Origin: an uncultured Verrucomicrobiae bacterium
Lineage (GTDB): Bacteria > Verrucomicrobiota > Verrucomicrobiia > Chthoniobacterales > JAFAMB01
Direction: 5' to 3'
DNA: 64,000 bases
Assembly (NCBI GenBank): GCA_963762565.1
Contig: CAVXLD010000004.1
Span: forward strand, 96,001 to 160,000
The position numbers were made by a program, and so were the translations under genes. Positions 50,615 through 59,753 of this stretch are shown piece after piece; within the stretch, counting starts at the first letter, position 1; each line of letters begins with the position of its first letter. The notes under the pieces were generated by a model. It saw only the letters and a program-made list of their open reading frames with translations, ran no database searches and was not told the origin of the DNA.

Positions 50615-50828
50615 TATCCGCAGATTTCGCAGATTACGGTCGGAGCTTCGGTTGAGTCCAAGCGGCCAGACAAGGTTGGTTGTATAGCGGCTGCGGACTC
50701 GGCAGTTGCCGATCGCTGTCAGATCCAATCCGACAACCAGGCGTCATCCCGACCGAAAAGTTTTCTACCTTGCCAGATGCCCCGGACCTAAAACCGTAAT
50801 CTGCGTAATCTGCGAAATCTGCGGATAT
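50615..50828. repeat. Element bounded by inverted cgcagatt/aatctgcg 9-mer repeats
   Basis: atccgcagatttcgcagatt ... aatctgcgtaatctgcgaaatctgcggat; second copy at ~57943-58158. Confidence 0.75.
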
Positions 50829-50830
50829 TA

Positions 50831-51220
50831 TTAAGTCTGCGGTTTGGGTTGCTTTCGTGATTTCCGGACCGTGAAAGAAAAAGTGCCCACCGTCATGTGA
50901 TTATCACTGGAAACAGCTCTCCAACTGACTTTATATCTTCCCCTAGCTAGAGCGGGAACCGATAGCGTCAACAGGGACGGGTCATCGGAGTCAACCGTGG
51001 CGCGGTCTTGAGTAACCACCGGCCTTCCGCGATGATCGAAGAGTTGAATCTGACAGAACGCGGGCTCCAGACTTTCTGTAAACCAGATCTTAATCTCGGT
51101 CGGCGGCGTATCAACCGTGCTTCCCACGGCCGGTTCAGCGTGATCGAGAAAAGCGCTCGCCCATACGTTCGTCGCAGCTAATAACAAAGCGATTACGGCT
51201 AGTCGAGGAGTCGGTTTCAT
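50831..51220 (-). CDS. copC: CopC family copper-binding protein; N-terminal His replaced by Ser
   Basis: xAFLDHAEPAVGS...YKVSWRAVSSDNH; signal peptide. Confidence 0.82.
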   Translation of the reverse strand: MKPTPRLAVIALLLAATNVWASAFLDHAEPAVGSTVDTPPTEIKIWFTESLEPAFCQIQLFDHRGRPVVTQDRATVDSDDPSLLTLSVPALARGRYKVSWRAVSSDNHMTVGTFSFTVRKSRKQPKPQT

Positions 51221-51275
51221 AGCAATGGTTCGTTGAAAATGCGTGAACGATGAAAAAGGCGGAGAACTGCATACC

Positions 51276-52220
51276 TTAGTGCATCGGTGGTGGAGTGGCG
51301 CCAAGAAATCCGATCACCAGAAGGACGCCGCCAGCCAAAAAAGTCTCGCAGGCCACACTTCGGATCAGCAACCGGATTGGCGTCGCGTCCGATTCAGCGG
51401 TTTGGCTTTCTACAATGGCGGCGCGAAACAATCGTGGTTTTAAGACCAACAAGTTCCAGGCGCCAAGACACAGCATCAGGACGAATAAGGCAATTTTGAA
51501 GAGCAACAATCGGCCATAGTCTGTCATGAACAGCGCTCCAAGGCTGCCGACAATAAAATAAGTATTGAGAAGCCCCGTCGCTACCAGCAACCCGACTACC
51601 ATTAAGCTTAGGGCGGAAAAGCGTCGAACTACATCCGCGGCAAACCGATTAGTACTTTGGTTAAGACCTCGATATTGCCCAAAAAGTAAGAGCAAAAGTG
51701 GCAGTAGTCCACCAGGCCAAAAGGCTGCTGCGATAAGGTGACCGATGTCACCTATCAATGGCAGCGGTCCGCCGCTTCCGACAATCGCACCGGCGTGCCC
51801 TGCGGCCGCCAATGAAGCGAGAATTGCGAACGACAAGGCCGCGGTGAGTACCTCGTCAAATCCGATGAAAATCAGTATTCCAAGAATGAGGCAGCCGCCC
51901 ACCCGGAACGCCCATAAATTTCCAAAGTGAGTCTGCAGCAGGACGGTCTGAAGCGTGTCCGGAGTGACGTCAAGCAACGTGGCTGCGCCGCTCATTGAAA
52001 CAGTCACCAAGCCGAACCACACCAAAGCGGACAGGACCATTGTAGACCAACTAACCAGCGCTAGGCGGCCCCACCTGCCTTTGAACCTCGGCTGAAATTG
52101 GTCAACGCGTCCGTGCCGTGCTGCCACTGGCGCCAGCACGACTAGTCTGAACGCAAACACTCCCGCCAACAATATCGACGCCCCGATATGTATCGCCCGT
52201 GCTAACGCCAGCCAGAGCAT
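51276..52220 (-). CDS. copD: CopD family copper transport membrane protein
   Basis: GHA, HLIAAAFWPGGL, RRFS and TDYGRLLLFKI. Confidence 0.9.
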   Translation of the reverse strand: MLWLALARAIHIGASILLAGVFAFRLVVLAPVAARHGRVDQFQPRFKGRWGRLALVSWSTMVLSALVWFGLVTVSMSGAATLLDVTPDTLQTVLLQTHFGNLWAFRVGGCLILGILIFIGFDEVLTAALSFAILASLAAAGHAGAIVGSGGPLPLIGDIGHLIAAAFWPGGLLPLLLLLFGQYRGLNQSTNRFAADVVRRFSALSLMVVGLLVATGLLNTYFIVGSLGALFMTDYGRLLLFKIALFVLMLCLGAWNLLVLKPRLFRAAIVESQTAESDATPIRLLIRSVACETFLAGGVLLVIGFLGATPPPMH

Positions 52221-52352
52221 GATTAGTTCAGAAACGATCTCGTTCGTTGCTGGTCAGGAACCGAGCCCGTACCAATGCCCAAGCGCTTCCAGACTGCATT
52301 CCCGGCCCTGTCGGCGTTGTCGGCGACGTCGGCGTTGTCGGCGTTGCTAAGC

Positions 52353-52703
52353 TCATTGGATGGTAAAATCGAACGTGCCAGACGTTCTGTGGGTATCGAT
52401 GGCCACGACCTGCCAAGAAACCCGGTATTTCCCCTCGACCAGCTTTGGCAGGGAAACCGTCATAGTGTTCCCATTGACCTTGGTATTTTTGTTATCCACT
52501 TCGGCGCCCTTAGCGTCGAAAACCTGGAGCTTGCTAAACGCGGGCTCCAGACCCTCGGTCATCCAGACGGTTACCTGGGAGGGAGGTTCGTGGATGGTGC
52601 TCCCGACCTTAGGATCTGCATGATCGAGAAAGGCGTGCGCATCCGCGATGCGTGTAAAAACTAGTGAGAGTGCTAAAAGAATGATTAGGTGTTTGGTATT
52701 CAT
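52353..52703 (-). CDS. copC: CopC copper-binding protein
   Basis: Signal peptide, then HAFLDHADP...WQVVAIDTH. Confidence 0.92.
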   Translation of the reverse strand: MNTKHLIILLALSLVFTRIADAHAFLDHADPKVGSTIHEPPSQVTVWMTEGLEPAFSKLQVFDAKGAEVDNKNTKVNGNTMTVSLPKLVEGKYRVSWQVVAIDTHRTSGTFDFTIQ

Positions 52704-53626
52704 TTGGATTCTCTAAAGAAAAGAGGGTAACCGAAAATCTTGGGCCAGATGTCATCGATGTAGACTTGGACCTGAACAACCGCGCCGACGTTTGGACCAG
52801 TAGCCCGGTTCACTGGGATAACTGCCTCGGCGCCGAGTTGAAAATAGCGCGATTCCCAGAGAAATCCGGGATTGACCGTCCCGGTAGTGTATCCGCCGCC
52901 ATGGTTCAAAGGACTGGTCATGGCGAACTCCACTAACGGGAAAACGTTGCGCACAGGGCGCAGCCAATCGATCTCCTGGATGTGTTGTTCTAGATAGGGA
53001 ATGCTATATTCGACCGCTAATCCCCAACTGATCGCATTGGGATTGACGGATTCCCCTGGCACGACATATCCGAGCGTGCCCGTGACAGCCAATGGCTTAA
53101 TAAATTTGAGAGAGTCAGGTAGATCGCCGAAGCCCTTGCCGACGTAAAGGGTCGGCGTGTAGGTACTGAACGACTGGGCGCCTATCGCCTGACTGCCAGT
53201 CCCGCCAACGTCGACTTCTCCACCGACCGAGAAGATGAACTCATGCGGCGCGTTCTCGAATAGTTGATACTTAAAATTGAACCCAAGATCGTCGAAGCCT
53301 GCATGGTAGGACTGCCCCTGGGGCTTGAGAACGATGTAGTTGAAAATAATTCCTACCGCGAACTTCGGGAAAATTTCCTTATCAAACTCCGAGCTGATGT
53401 CGATGTTCAGAGTCTTCGGAGCGCCACCTCCAGCAGGATTATTGAAAAAGGAGATGATTGGCAACGAAAGTTCATCAACGGCAAAAGGATCGTCGGTTTG
53501 AATCGTTGGAGGGAAAAACCGATCTCCCTCGAATCCATGTGCACCGAGCTTGGTGGTGAGACTGAAAAAAACCAGTGTAGCAACGACAAGGGTTGCCAAC
53601 ACTCTCACTGAATAAATTGAATACAT
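52700..53626 (-). CDS. Putative outer-membrane beta-barrel protein of the copper cluster
   Basis: Signal peptide, mature N-terminal His (HGFEGDRFFP..DDP), alternating beta-strand pattern. Confidence 0.7.
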   Translation of the reverse strand: MYSIYSVRVLATLVVATLVFFSLTTKLGAHGFEGDRFFPPTIQTDDPFAVDELSLPIISFFNNPAGGGAPKTLNIDISSEFDKEIFPKFAVGIIFNYIVLKPQGQSYHAGFDDLGFNFKYQLFENAPHEFIFSVGGEVDVGGTGSQAIGAQSFSTYTPTLYVGKGFGDLPDSLKFIKPLAVTGTLGYVVPGESVNPNAISWGLAVEYSIPYLEQHIQEIDWLRPVRNVFPLVEFAMTSPLNHGGGYTTGTVNPGFLWESRYFQLGAEAVIPVNRATGPNVGAVVQVQVYIDDIWPKIFGYPLFFRESK

Positions 53627-53742
53627 GAAACCCCTAGTAAATTTGTTGTCGAACGGATAGGGCTAGGCACGGTAGTACCGGGAGATGCCTTAGTGGAACC
53701 CGAGCTCGCGAATGGCGAGCTCTCCGACCTCGAACGATTTAA

Positions 53743-54144
53743 CTAGGAGCGGGGTGGCGGAACCGCAGGCTCAGTAACAATGCCCCGAAGCTGTTCCGCA
53801 AATTCGGGATAAACGACTTGAGTCGATTCCCGCCAGATTCGGAATTTGTTCCAGGTGGCTAAGTAATCTTTTTTCAGCTCCGTTGTCAGAAACGGCGCCT
53901 TTTTTTGCTCTCGGTTCTTACCGTCTTGGATGGCCTTACAAACGGGGCACTGGTGCACCCCATCGAAGGTTTGGGAAAGGCCGGCTATCAACCCGCCTTG
54001 CTCGCTATACGACACAACCATGCCTGCCCAGGCTCCCACTTGGAGAATTGCCCAGTGACCTCCCAGAAGCTGCAGGAAGGCCAGCGAGCAGAACAAGAAT
54101 CCGATACGGGAACGTAGCCAAGCCACTAAGGCATGCTCGACCAC
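53743..54144 (-). CDS. Small membrane protein with CxxC and Pro-rich C-terminus (DUF2946-like leader)
   Basis: FDGVHQCPVC and terminal EPAVPPPRS; first gene of the copper cluster. Confidence 0.65.
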   Translation of the reverse strand: MVEHALVAWLRSRIGFLFCSLAFLQLLGGHWAILQVGAWAGMVVSYSEQGGLIAGLSQTFDGVHQCPVCKAIQDGKNREQKKAPFLTTELKKDYLATWNKFRIWRESTQVVYPEFAEQLRGIVTEPAVPPPRS

Positions 54145-54437
54145 GCCAGCGCCGAAAGCAAGAATTTCGCTTAAGGGACAAATACTTTAGCTGATTATCA
54201 GCCATTCGATGGTTGATTCTCGATCGTGTTCGTCCCTCGGAATCTCACTGACAGTCCCTGGCCGGGCACGATGTCACCGGATTATGAGCACTCGCAGAGG
54301 CAGTCGGAAAGAAATGGGTTCGCGGTGTCGTTTTGTATACGGGTGTTGATGTTATTCCCTTCGCAGAGGATCTGCATGGCATTCCACTGCAGACGCCGTG
54401 GAGCTAGCTGACCAAGCGGTTGAGAAAATGGGGATGG

Positions 54438-55148
54438 CTAGCCGGAGCTCGGCTCCTCGAGGGCTTTCCGGCTGCGTGGCAGTGCAAAAGCCACTAAAAT
54501 CATCCAGATGAATCCGGGAAATCTGGTGAGGGGAATGAGGGGAAGAGTCCATGAAAAGACAAGGTTAAGCGAACTCAACTCCCCTAAAACGGCAAGAACG
54601 ACGCCCAGAATAGCGATCCAATTAGGGACTAGCCTCAAAATCCCTGCGGGAATTGACACTCCGGCGATCAAAAGACCGAACGGTACTGAAAAGCCGGGTC
54701 CGCCCAGCGCGTATGAAAGGTAATAGAGCGCGTTCACGAGCATTGGGTTCTCCGCGATGCCGGGATGCGCGCCAGCCCAGAGCACGAGCGCCGATGTCGC
54801 CACGTTAAAGGCTGTCATCAAGCCGCCGAAAAATGCAATATTAGGACCGGCCGCGCGAACACCTAGAAAGTAGAGCTGGCTCACGATCGTGGCGGTGAAA
54901 ATACCGAGCGTTATGGAAGCCCCAAAATGAAAAAAGGCAGAGACTACCAGGGATTCAGGACGCCATCGAAAGAAGTTAGCGATAGTATTCGGTGTCTCCC
55001 AGGAGCCAGGGAAGTAAGGGCTCCCGCCGAACATCGTTACCGGATAAAGTCCGGCTAGAAAGAGAACCACAAAGACAGTGGCGACGAAGCCGAGATGGGG
55101 ACCACGATGGCGAGGAGCGCTGGGACGAGATGATGGTGGCGGGTTCAT
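54438..55148 (-). CDS. Integral membrane protein (DUF4386-like)
   Basis: Multiple TM helices; divergent from the MarR gene. Confidence 0.7.
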   Translation of the reverse strand: MNPPPSSRPSAPRHRGPHLGFVATVFVVLFLAGLYPVTMFGGSPYFPGSWETPNTIANFFRWRPESLVVSAFFHFGASITLGIFTATIVSQLYFLGVRAAGPNIAFFGGLMTAFNVATSALVLWAGAHPGIAENPMLVNALYYLSYALGGPGFSVPFGLLIAGVSIPAGILRLVPNWIAILGVVLAVLGELSSLNLVFSWTLPLIPLTRFPGFIWMILVAFALPRSRKALEEPSSG

Positions 55149-55161
55149 AGTGGAGGCTCCG

Positions 55162-55215
55162 AAATTAGTTATTATTATTTATAGTTATATTTAATAATCA
55201 TTATCATACGTTACT
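55162..55215. promoter_or_regulatory. AT-rich divergent promoter with imperfect palindrome (putative MarR operator)
   Basis: attattatttatagttatatttaataat between divergent genes. Confidence 0.45.
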
Positions 55216-55731
55216 ATGTCAAGAGTTCCCTCAACATCCGCTCACACCGTGGGCGTTGATTTTCTGCTAGCTCAGATCGGCGCGCACGCCGCCACCCTAT
55301 TTGCCGAGAGGTTGAAGCCGCTTAAGCTCACTCCAGCACACGCCGGAATTCTTCGGATCATCAATGCTGAGAACGGGATCAGTCAAAAGGGCGTCGCGAA
55401 ACGTCTGGGCATGTACGAGAGCCGGCTGGTTTCGGTCTTGGATGAGATGCAGCGCATGAATCTGGTCGAGCGCAAAGCCAGCCCCAATGATCGACGCTTT
55501 TACGCACTGCATCTTACTGCGCGCGGGAAAAAGAAATTGCAGGCGATTGCCGAAGTCGCGCAGGATCACCGTGCCGCGCTATGCTCGGGATTAACAGAAA
55601 AGGAGACGGATACCCTCTGGGTATTGTTGGACAAAATTGCACAACAACAGCGTCTGACTCCCGGCGTCCATCCCGGCTACCGCGAGATTGGCAAGAAGAG
55701 TGTCGAGTCTGGCGAAACGCATAACTGTTAG
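55216..55731 (+). CDS. MarR family transcriptional regulator
   Basis: ISQKGVAKRL...LVERKASPNDRRFYALHLTARG. Confidence 0.93.
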   Translation: MSRVPSTSAHTVGVDFLLAQIGAHAATLFAERLKPLKLTPAHAGILRIINAENGISQKGVAKRLGMYESRLVSVLDEMQRMNLVERKASPNDRRFYALHLTARGKKKLQAIAEVAQDHRAALCSGLTEKETDTLWVLLDKIAQQQRLTPGVHPGYREIGKKSVESGETHNC

Positions 55732-55950
55732 ACGCCGAGTAAACAAATAGCAGCGGATCTACATCGTCTCTTTGGAATGACGCGTTAGCAAAATCGCGAC
55801 ACGTTCAATTGTGCTCGCAAAACTTCTCTATGAGAACCGAGGGACGTCGCGATTCTCTTTGTAGCGTGGGAAATATCGGGATCTCAACTAGCGGGAGCAA
55901 TCGCGCGCGTAAATGTCCGAAACGCGCCCGCTCATTCGTTGTCCAGTTGC

Positions 55951-56787
55951 ATGAATCATCGACCGACGCGTAAACCCGCAACTCAAATACCGCGACCAGA
56001 AAAACTGTTCTCGAGGGATGGCACTGCAATTGCTTTCGAGCGCGTCGGTGACGGACCGCCTGTGGTTTTGGTCGACGGCGCGCTCTGCTATCGAGGCTTA
56101 GGGCCGAGTAAGCCGCTCGCCGAACTGCTGGCGCAACACTTTACCGTCTTCACCTACGATCGTCGGGGGCGAGGCGACAGCGGTAATGCGGCGCCCTATG
56201 CGGTAGAGCGTGAGGTCGAAGACATTGAAGCCCTCGTCAACGAAGCGGGTGGCGCTGCGTTTATCTGGGGCATTTCCTCCGGTGCAGTTCTTGCGCTCGA
56301 GGCGACAAATCGCCTCACTGGCATCAAGAAGGCCGCGCTGTACGAAGCGCCATTCATCGTGGACGACAGCCATCCGGCAATGACGGACGATTGGGTCCGA
56401 ATCAAAGAGGCGGTGGCGGCAAATCGCCGAAGTGACGCGGTCAAGTTCTTCTTGAAGGCGGTTGGTCTGCCAGGGTTCGTCATCGCACTAATGCGATTGA
56501 TGCCCGTGTGGTCCAAGCTCAAAGCCGTTGCCCACACGCTCCCTTACGACGGCGCGATCGTGCAAGACAATCAGCGAGGAGAGCCGCTGCCGGCCAACAG
56601 GTGGACGTGCGTCACGGTACCAACGCTCGTCATGGACGGTGGGAAAAGCCCTGCGTGGATGCGCCACGCGAATCGGTCGCTCGCGAACGTCTTGCCGAAT
56701 GCGCGGCACCGTACGCTTGAGGGCCAGACGCACATGGTGAAGGCGGAGGCGCATGCTCCGACGTTGGTGGAGTTCTTCAACGGTTAG
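55951..56787 (+). CDS. Alpha/beta fold hydrolase
   Basis: SRDGTAIAF, YDRRGRGDS, GISSG nucleophile motif and GQTH; start uncertain. Confidence 0.9.
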   Translation: MNHRPTRKPATQIPRPEKLFSRDGTAIAFERVGDGPPVVLVDGALCYRGLGPSKPLAELLAQHFTVFTYDRRGRGDSGNAAPYAVEREVEDIEALVNEAGGAAFIWGISSGAVLALEATNRLTGIKKAALYEAPFIVDDSHPAMTDDWVRIKEAVAANRRSDAVKFFLKAVGLPGFVIALMRLMPVWSKLKAVAHTLPYDGAIVQDNQRGEPLPANRWTCVTVPTLVMDGGKSPAWMRHANRSLANVLPNARHRTLEGQTHMVKAEAHAPTLVEFFNG

Positions 56788-57027
56788 AACACACCGGGTC
56801 AGAGAATCGGACGGCACCTCACTATACCGATCGTCACAGTTCTTCGCGCAATTTCTGATTGGAAGCAGACAATGGAGGAACAACGCCGTCAACGCCGAGA
56901 TCGCCGGGAACGCCGGCTTGTCCGACGACGCTTCTGGAGTTTCAGACGACAGAGCGAAGTCGGAGAACGACCAGTCGCAAGTCACGCATCGTTTCTGCCT
57001 GCCTCCACCCCGGTTTCCCGAGTTGGG

Positions 57028-57585
57028 CTACTTCTCACGTTCACCCTGTAGCCAGGCAGTTTGATTCATCCGGTACAGCACATGAGGTCGAAGGCGATGC
57101 CCTTCCGGCAAACTCGGATGGTCAAAATCATCTTGCGGGGTGTGGGTCATGCCGAGGCGTTCCATGACTCTGCGGGATCTCAGGTTTCCGACAAAAGTGA
57201 AAGAAACGATCTGATCCAGCTTGAGCTCGTGAAAGCCGTAATCGAGAGCCAGGCGGGCAGCTTCAGTAGCATAACCGAATCCCCAAAATTTCCGGGCTAA
57301 CCTCCAGGCGATCTCGACGCACGGAGTAAAATGCGTTTCGTAGGACGGCACCGAAAGTCCGGTGAAGCCGATAAAGTCGGCCACCCCAAGGACTTCGACT
57401 GCCCAGAAACCAAAACCACGCCGCTCAATACCCTCCCGGATCCGTCCTGCGGACGCATCGCTTTCTTCTCGACTAAGGCATTTGGGGAAGAACTCCATGA
57501 CCTCAGGATCCGCATTGAGAGCAGCGAAAGCCGGAAAATCTTCCTCTCGCCAAGGACGTAGTCGGAGACGGGCGGAATTCAGCAT
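57028..57585 (-). CDS. GNAT family N-acetyltransferase (RimJ/RimL-like)
   Basis: RLRLRPWR, WGFGYATEAA and N.RSRRVMERLGM. Confidence 0.93.
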   Translation of the reverse strand: MLNSARLRLRPWREEDFPAFAALNADPEVMEFFPKCLSREESDASAGRIREGIERRGFGFWAVEVLGVADFIGFTGLSVPSYETHFTPCVEIAWRLARKFWGFGYATEAARLALDYGFHELKLDQIVSFTFVGNLRSRRVMERLGMTHTPQDDFDHPSLPEGHRLRPHVLYRMNQTAWLQGEREK

Positions 57586-58191
57586 AAGGGCGAAAGATAA
57601 ATGACAAATGACAGATGGCAGATGACAAATTCAGATGGCCGATGTCGCTGAGCAAGTCGTCGCCACCGATCCTTGTCCACAACTGCTCGATCACGGTCGC
57701 CAGCTCAATTTGCCGAATACACAATGGATACATGGTATCCCTCCGCCATCATGACGACGGCCGGCCGATTGAAGTTGTCGATACTTACCTTACAGAAGAA
57801 TCGGTTAGTGAACTGTTAGCTGGAAAAGGCCGAGACCTGGAGATCATCCTAAAGCCATGGTGATGGGTTAGTTACCAAGTGGCGTAGCTGGAGGGGGCTG
57901 TAGATCCTTTAATCCCGAGAACCGAAATCAGAGGGTGTTAATATCCGCAGATTTCGCAGATTTCGGTTAGAGGCCTAATGAAGCGGATGAGGTCTGGCCA
58001 ATGATTGTCTTCGGATTAAGCGCTGGGCCCAATTTTTGTCGCCGCAGATCACTGTTAGAATGTCTGGGCCATGAATCCGAAGGCGCATTTTTCGCTAGCT
58101 CTGCACCCGTGGATAGGCCTCTAACCGAAATCTGCGTAATCTGCGTAATCTGCGGATAATTCGAGTTCGGGATGTAAGTCATATCTCGGCT

Positions 58192-58740
58192 TTACCGCAG
58201 CGCGCGGTCGACTGCTGCTATCGCGGTTGAGCGTAAAGCCTCATTACCGCCCTGCATCCGCTCTAATGCGTCTGCTGCTTCTCTCGTGTAGACTTCGCCA
58301 AAGTTCGGGCCGAGAACCGAAACACTTTCCAGGTTCGATACGAGGTCAGCGTATTTTATCGTCTTCGCTCGGTCGCTAATTTTGGATAAACGTTGCATTT
58401 CCTTTGCCTTCCGCTGGCGTCGATTCAAGCCCGGATAGTTGTGCTTGGTAAACCTGTCCGTGAGCTCCTGGACAAGTTTGGCTACATCCGCGCCGAACAC
58501 CATCCGGATATGATTTAGAGACACTGGCGTATCCTCGACCACGTCGTGAAGCCAAGCGGCTGCGACTTGGGCTTCGTCGCCACCGCCATTAGCGACCAGT
58601 TTGGCGACCTCAGCAAGATGCTTGGTGTAAGGCTCGTTTGATCCTTTCCGTCGCTGCCCCAGTTGGTCTTGGCTGTTCAAAACCAAACCGTGAGCCAGCT
58701 TGGCAAAGCGTCTGGCTTTTTGGACTAATGTTTTGGACAT
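58192..58740 (-). CDS. Stand-alone HD-domain protein of the SpoT/Mesh1 (small alarmone hydrolase-like) type
   Basis: AH...QRRK...PY..H, AAWLHDVVEDT and IKYAD..SN. Confidence 0.85.
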   Translation of the reverse strand: MSKTLVQKARRFAKLAHGLVLNSQDQLGQRRKGSNEPYTKHLAEVAKLVANGGGDEAQVAAAWLHDVVEDTPVSLNHIRMVFGADVAKLVQELTDRFTKHNYPGLNRRQRKAKEMQRLSKISDRAKTIKYADLVSNLESVSVLGPNFGEVYTREAADALERMQGGNEALRSTAIAAVDRALR

Positions 58741-58975
58741 TGCAATCGCGGCAGGTGTTGCTGATAAAGGCTAACGGCGCAACCCGGTTTTCCGTGCGAC
58801 GGAACGGCAGCGCCGCAAAAGCTTTTCGTAATATGTTACCAAAGGAACTTTCAGGTGTTCAGCGAGTGCCACGAATTCAGCATCGTAGCCCGCACATCCG
58901 GCCCGCGCCTTTAACGGTAATATGCATCTGACGGTTTTGCTATAGTTCTAAAATGGTGCCGTTTCCACGCGCGAA

Positions 58976-59188
58976 ATGAGTCAATCCGCGGACGCCGAGA
59001 CCTTACGCTTCTACGATAACGAAGCTGAAGCGTATTGCCAAAGGACGGGCGCTCTTCCATCACTGGACGATCTACGAAAGATTTTCCAGGGTGCGGCGAG
59101 TTGGACATCACTGGAGATCGAGCGCTCTTCTGGACGCGCCTACGACGACGCACCCGTGAGCTGGCTCAACTGTTTCGCAACGAAATGA
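58976..59188 (+). pseudogene. Internally deleted class I SAM methyltransferase remnant
   Basis: N-terminus ETLRFYDNEAEAY is joined directly to a C-terminal-type segment; no GxG SAM motif. Confidence 0.5.
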
Positions 59189-59191
59189 GTG

Positions 59192-59690
59192 CCGTGGAGC
59201 GCTGCCTCGCTTGCGGCCGAGGGACGAGGCCGTGGTGAACAGAGCGTGGCGCTTCGTTCTCGTTTTTGTCTTCGGATCCGGCCCGCATAAGCGACCCAAG
59301 ACCTGGAGGGGAGCCGCTTTGCAACGTTGCAGTTCTATTGGATGCTAGCAGGCGGCTCCCGGGAGCTTCTCCACGAGTCGTTTTGCCCAACGGTTCGGTG
59401 CTATGTCGCATCGCTTGACGGACACCCGATAGAGCTGCAACACCATGGATAATTCCCGGGAGCCGCCTGCTACTAACCTGCAGAGCTGCCTAGCTACAAA
59501 GCGGCTCCCCTCCAGGCCCTGGGGATGCGATGCCGCGGGTTCATCAGGAGGGTGGGAACGAAGCGCCAGCCCCCTGTTCACCACGGCCTCGCAACCTGTC
59601 GCGCCGTAGGCTTGGCGAAGGCGGAAGCGAGGCAGCGCTCCACGGGTGGCGACCCCTTCGGCCTCGCAAGCGAGGCAACGCTCCACGGAA
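59192..59690. repeat. Cluster of gtggagcgctgcctcgc-family REP repeats
   Basis: Copy at ~59194; inverted copies at ~59627-59643 and ~59660-59686. Confidence 0.7.
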
Positions 59691-59753
59691 AGCGCCACTA
59701 TCGAGCCATGCTACGATAGTGGCGCCCCCTAGTTTGCCCTAAACTAATTTGCC

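Noticed and set aside
52228..52356. Small TPT-repeat ORF between copC and copD
   Set aside because: It derives from a 9-bp tgtcggcgt microsatellite and has no other support
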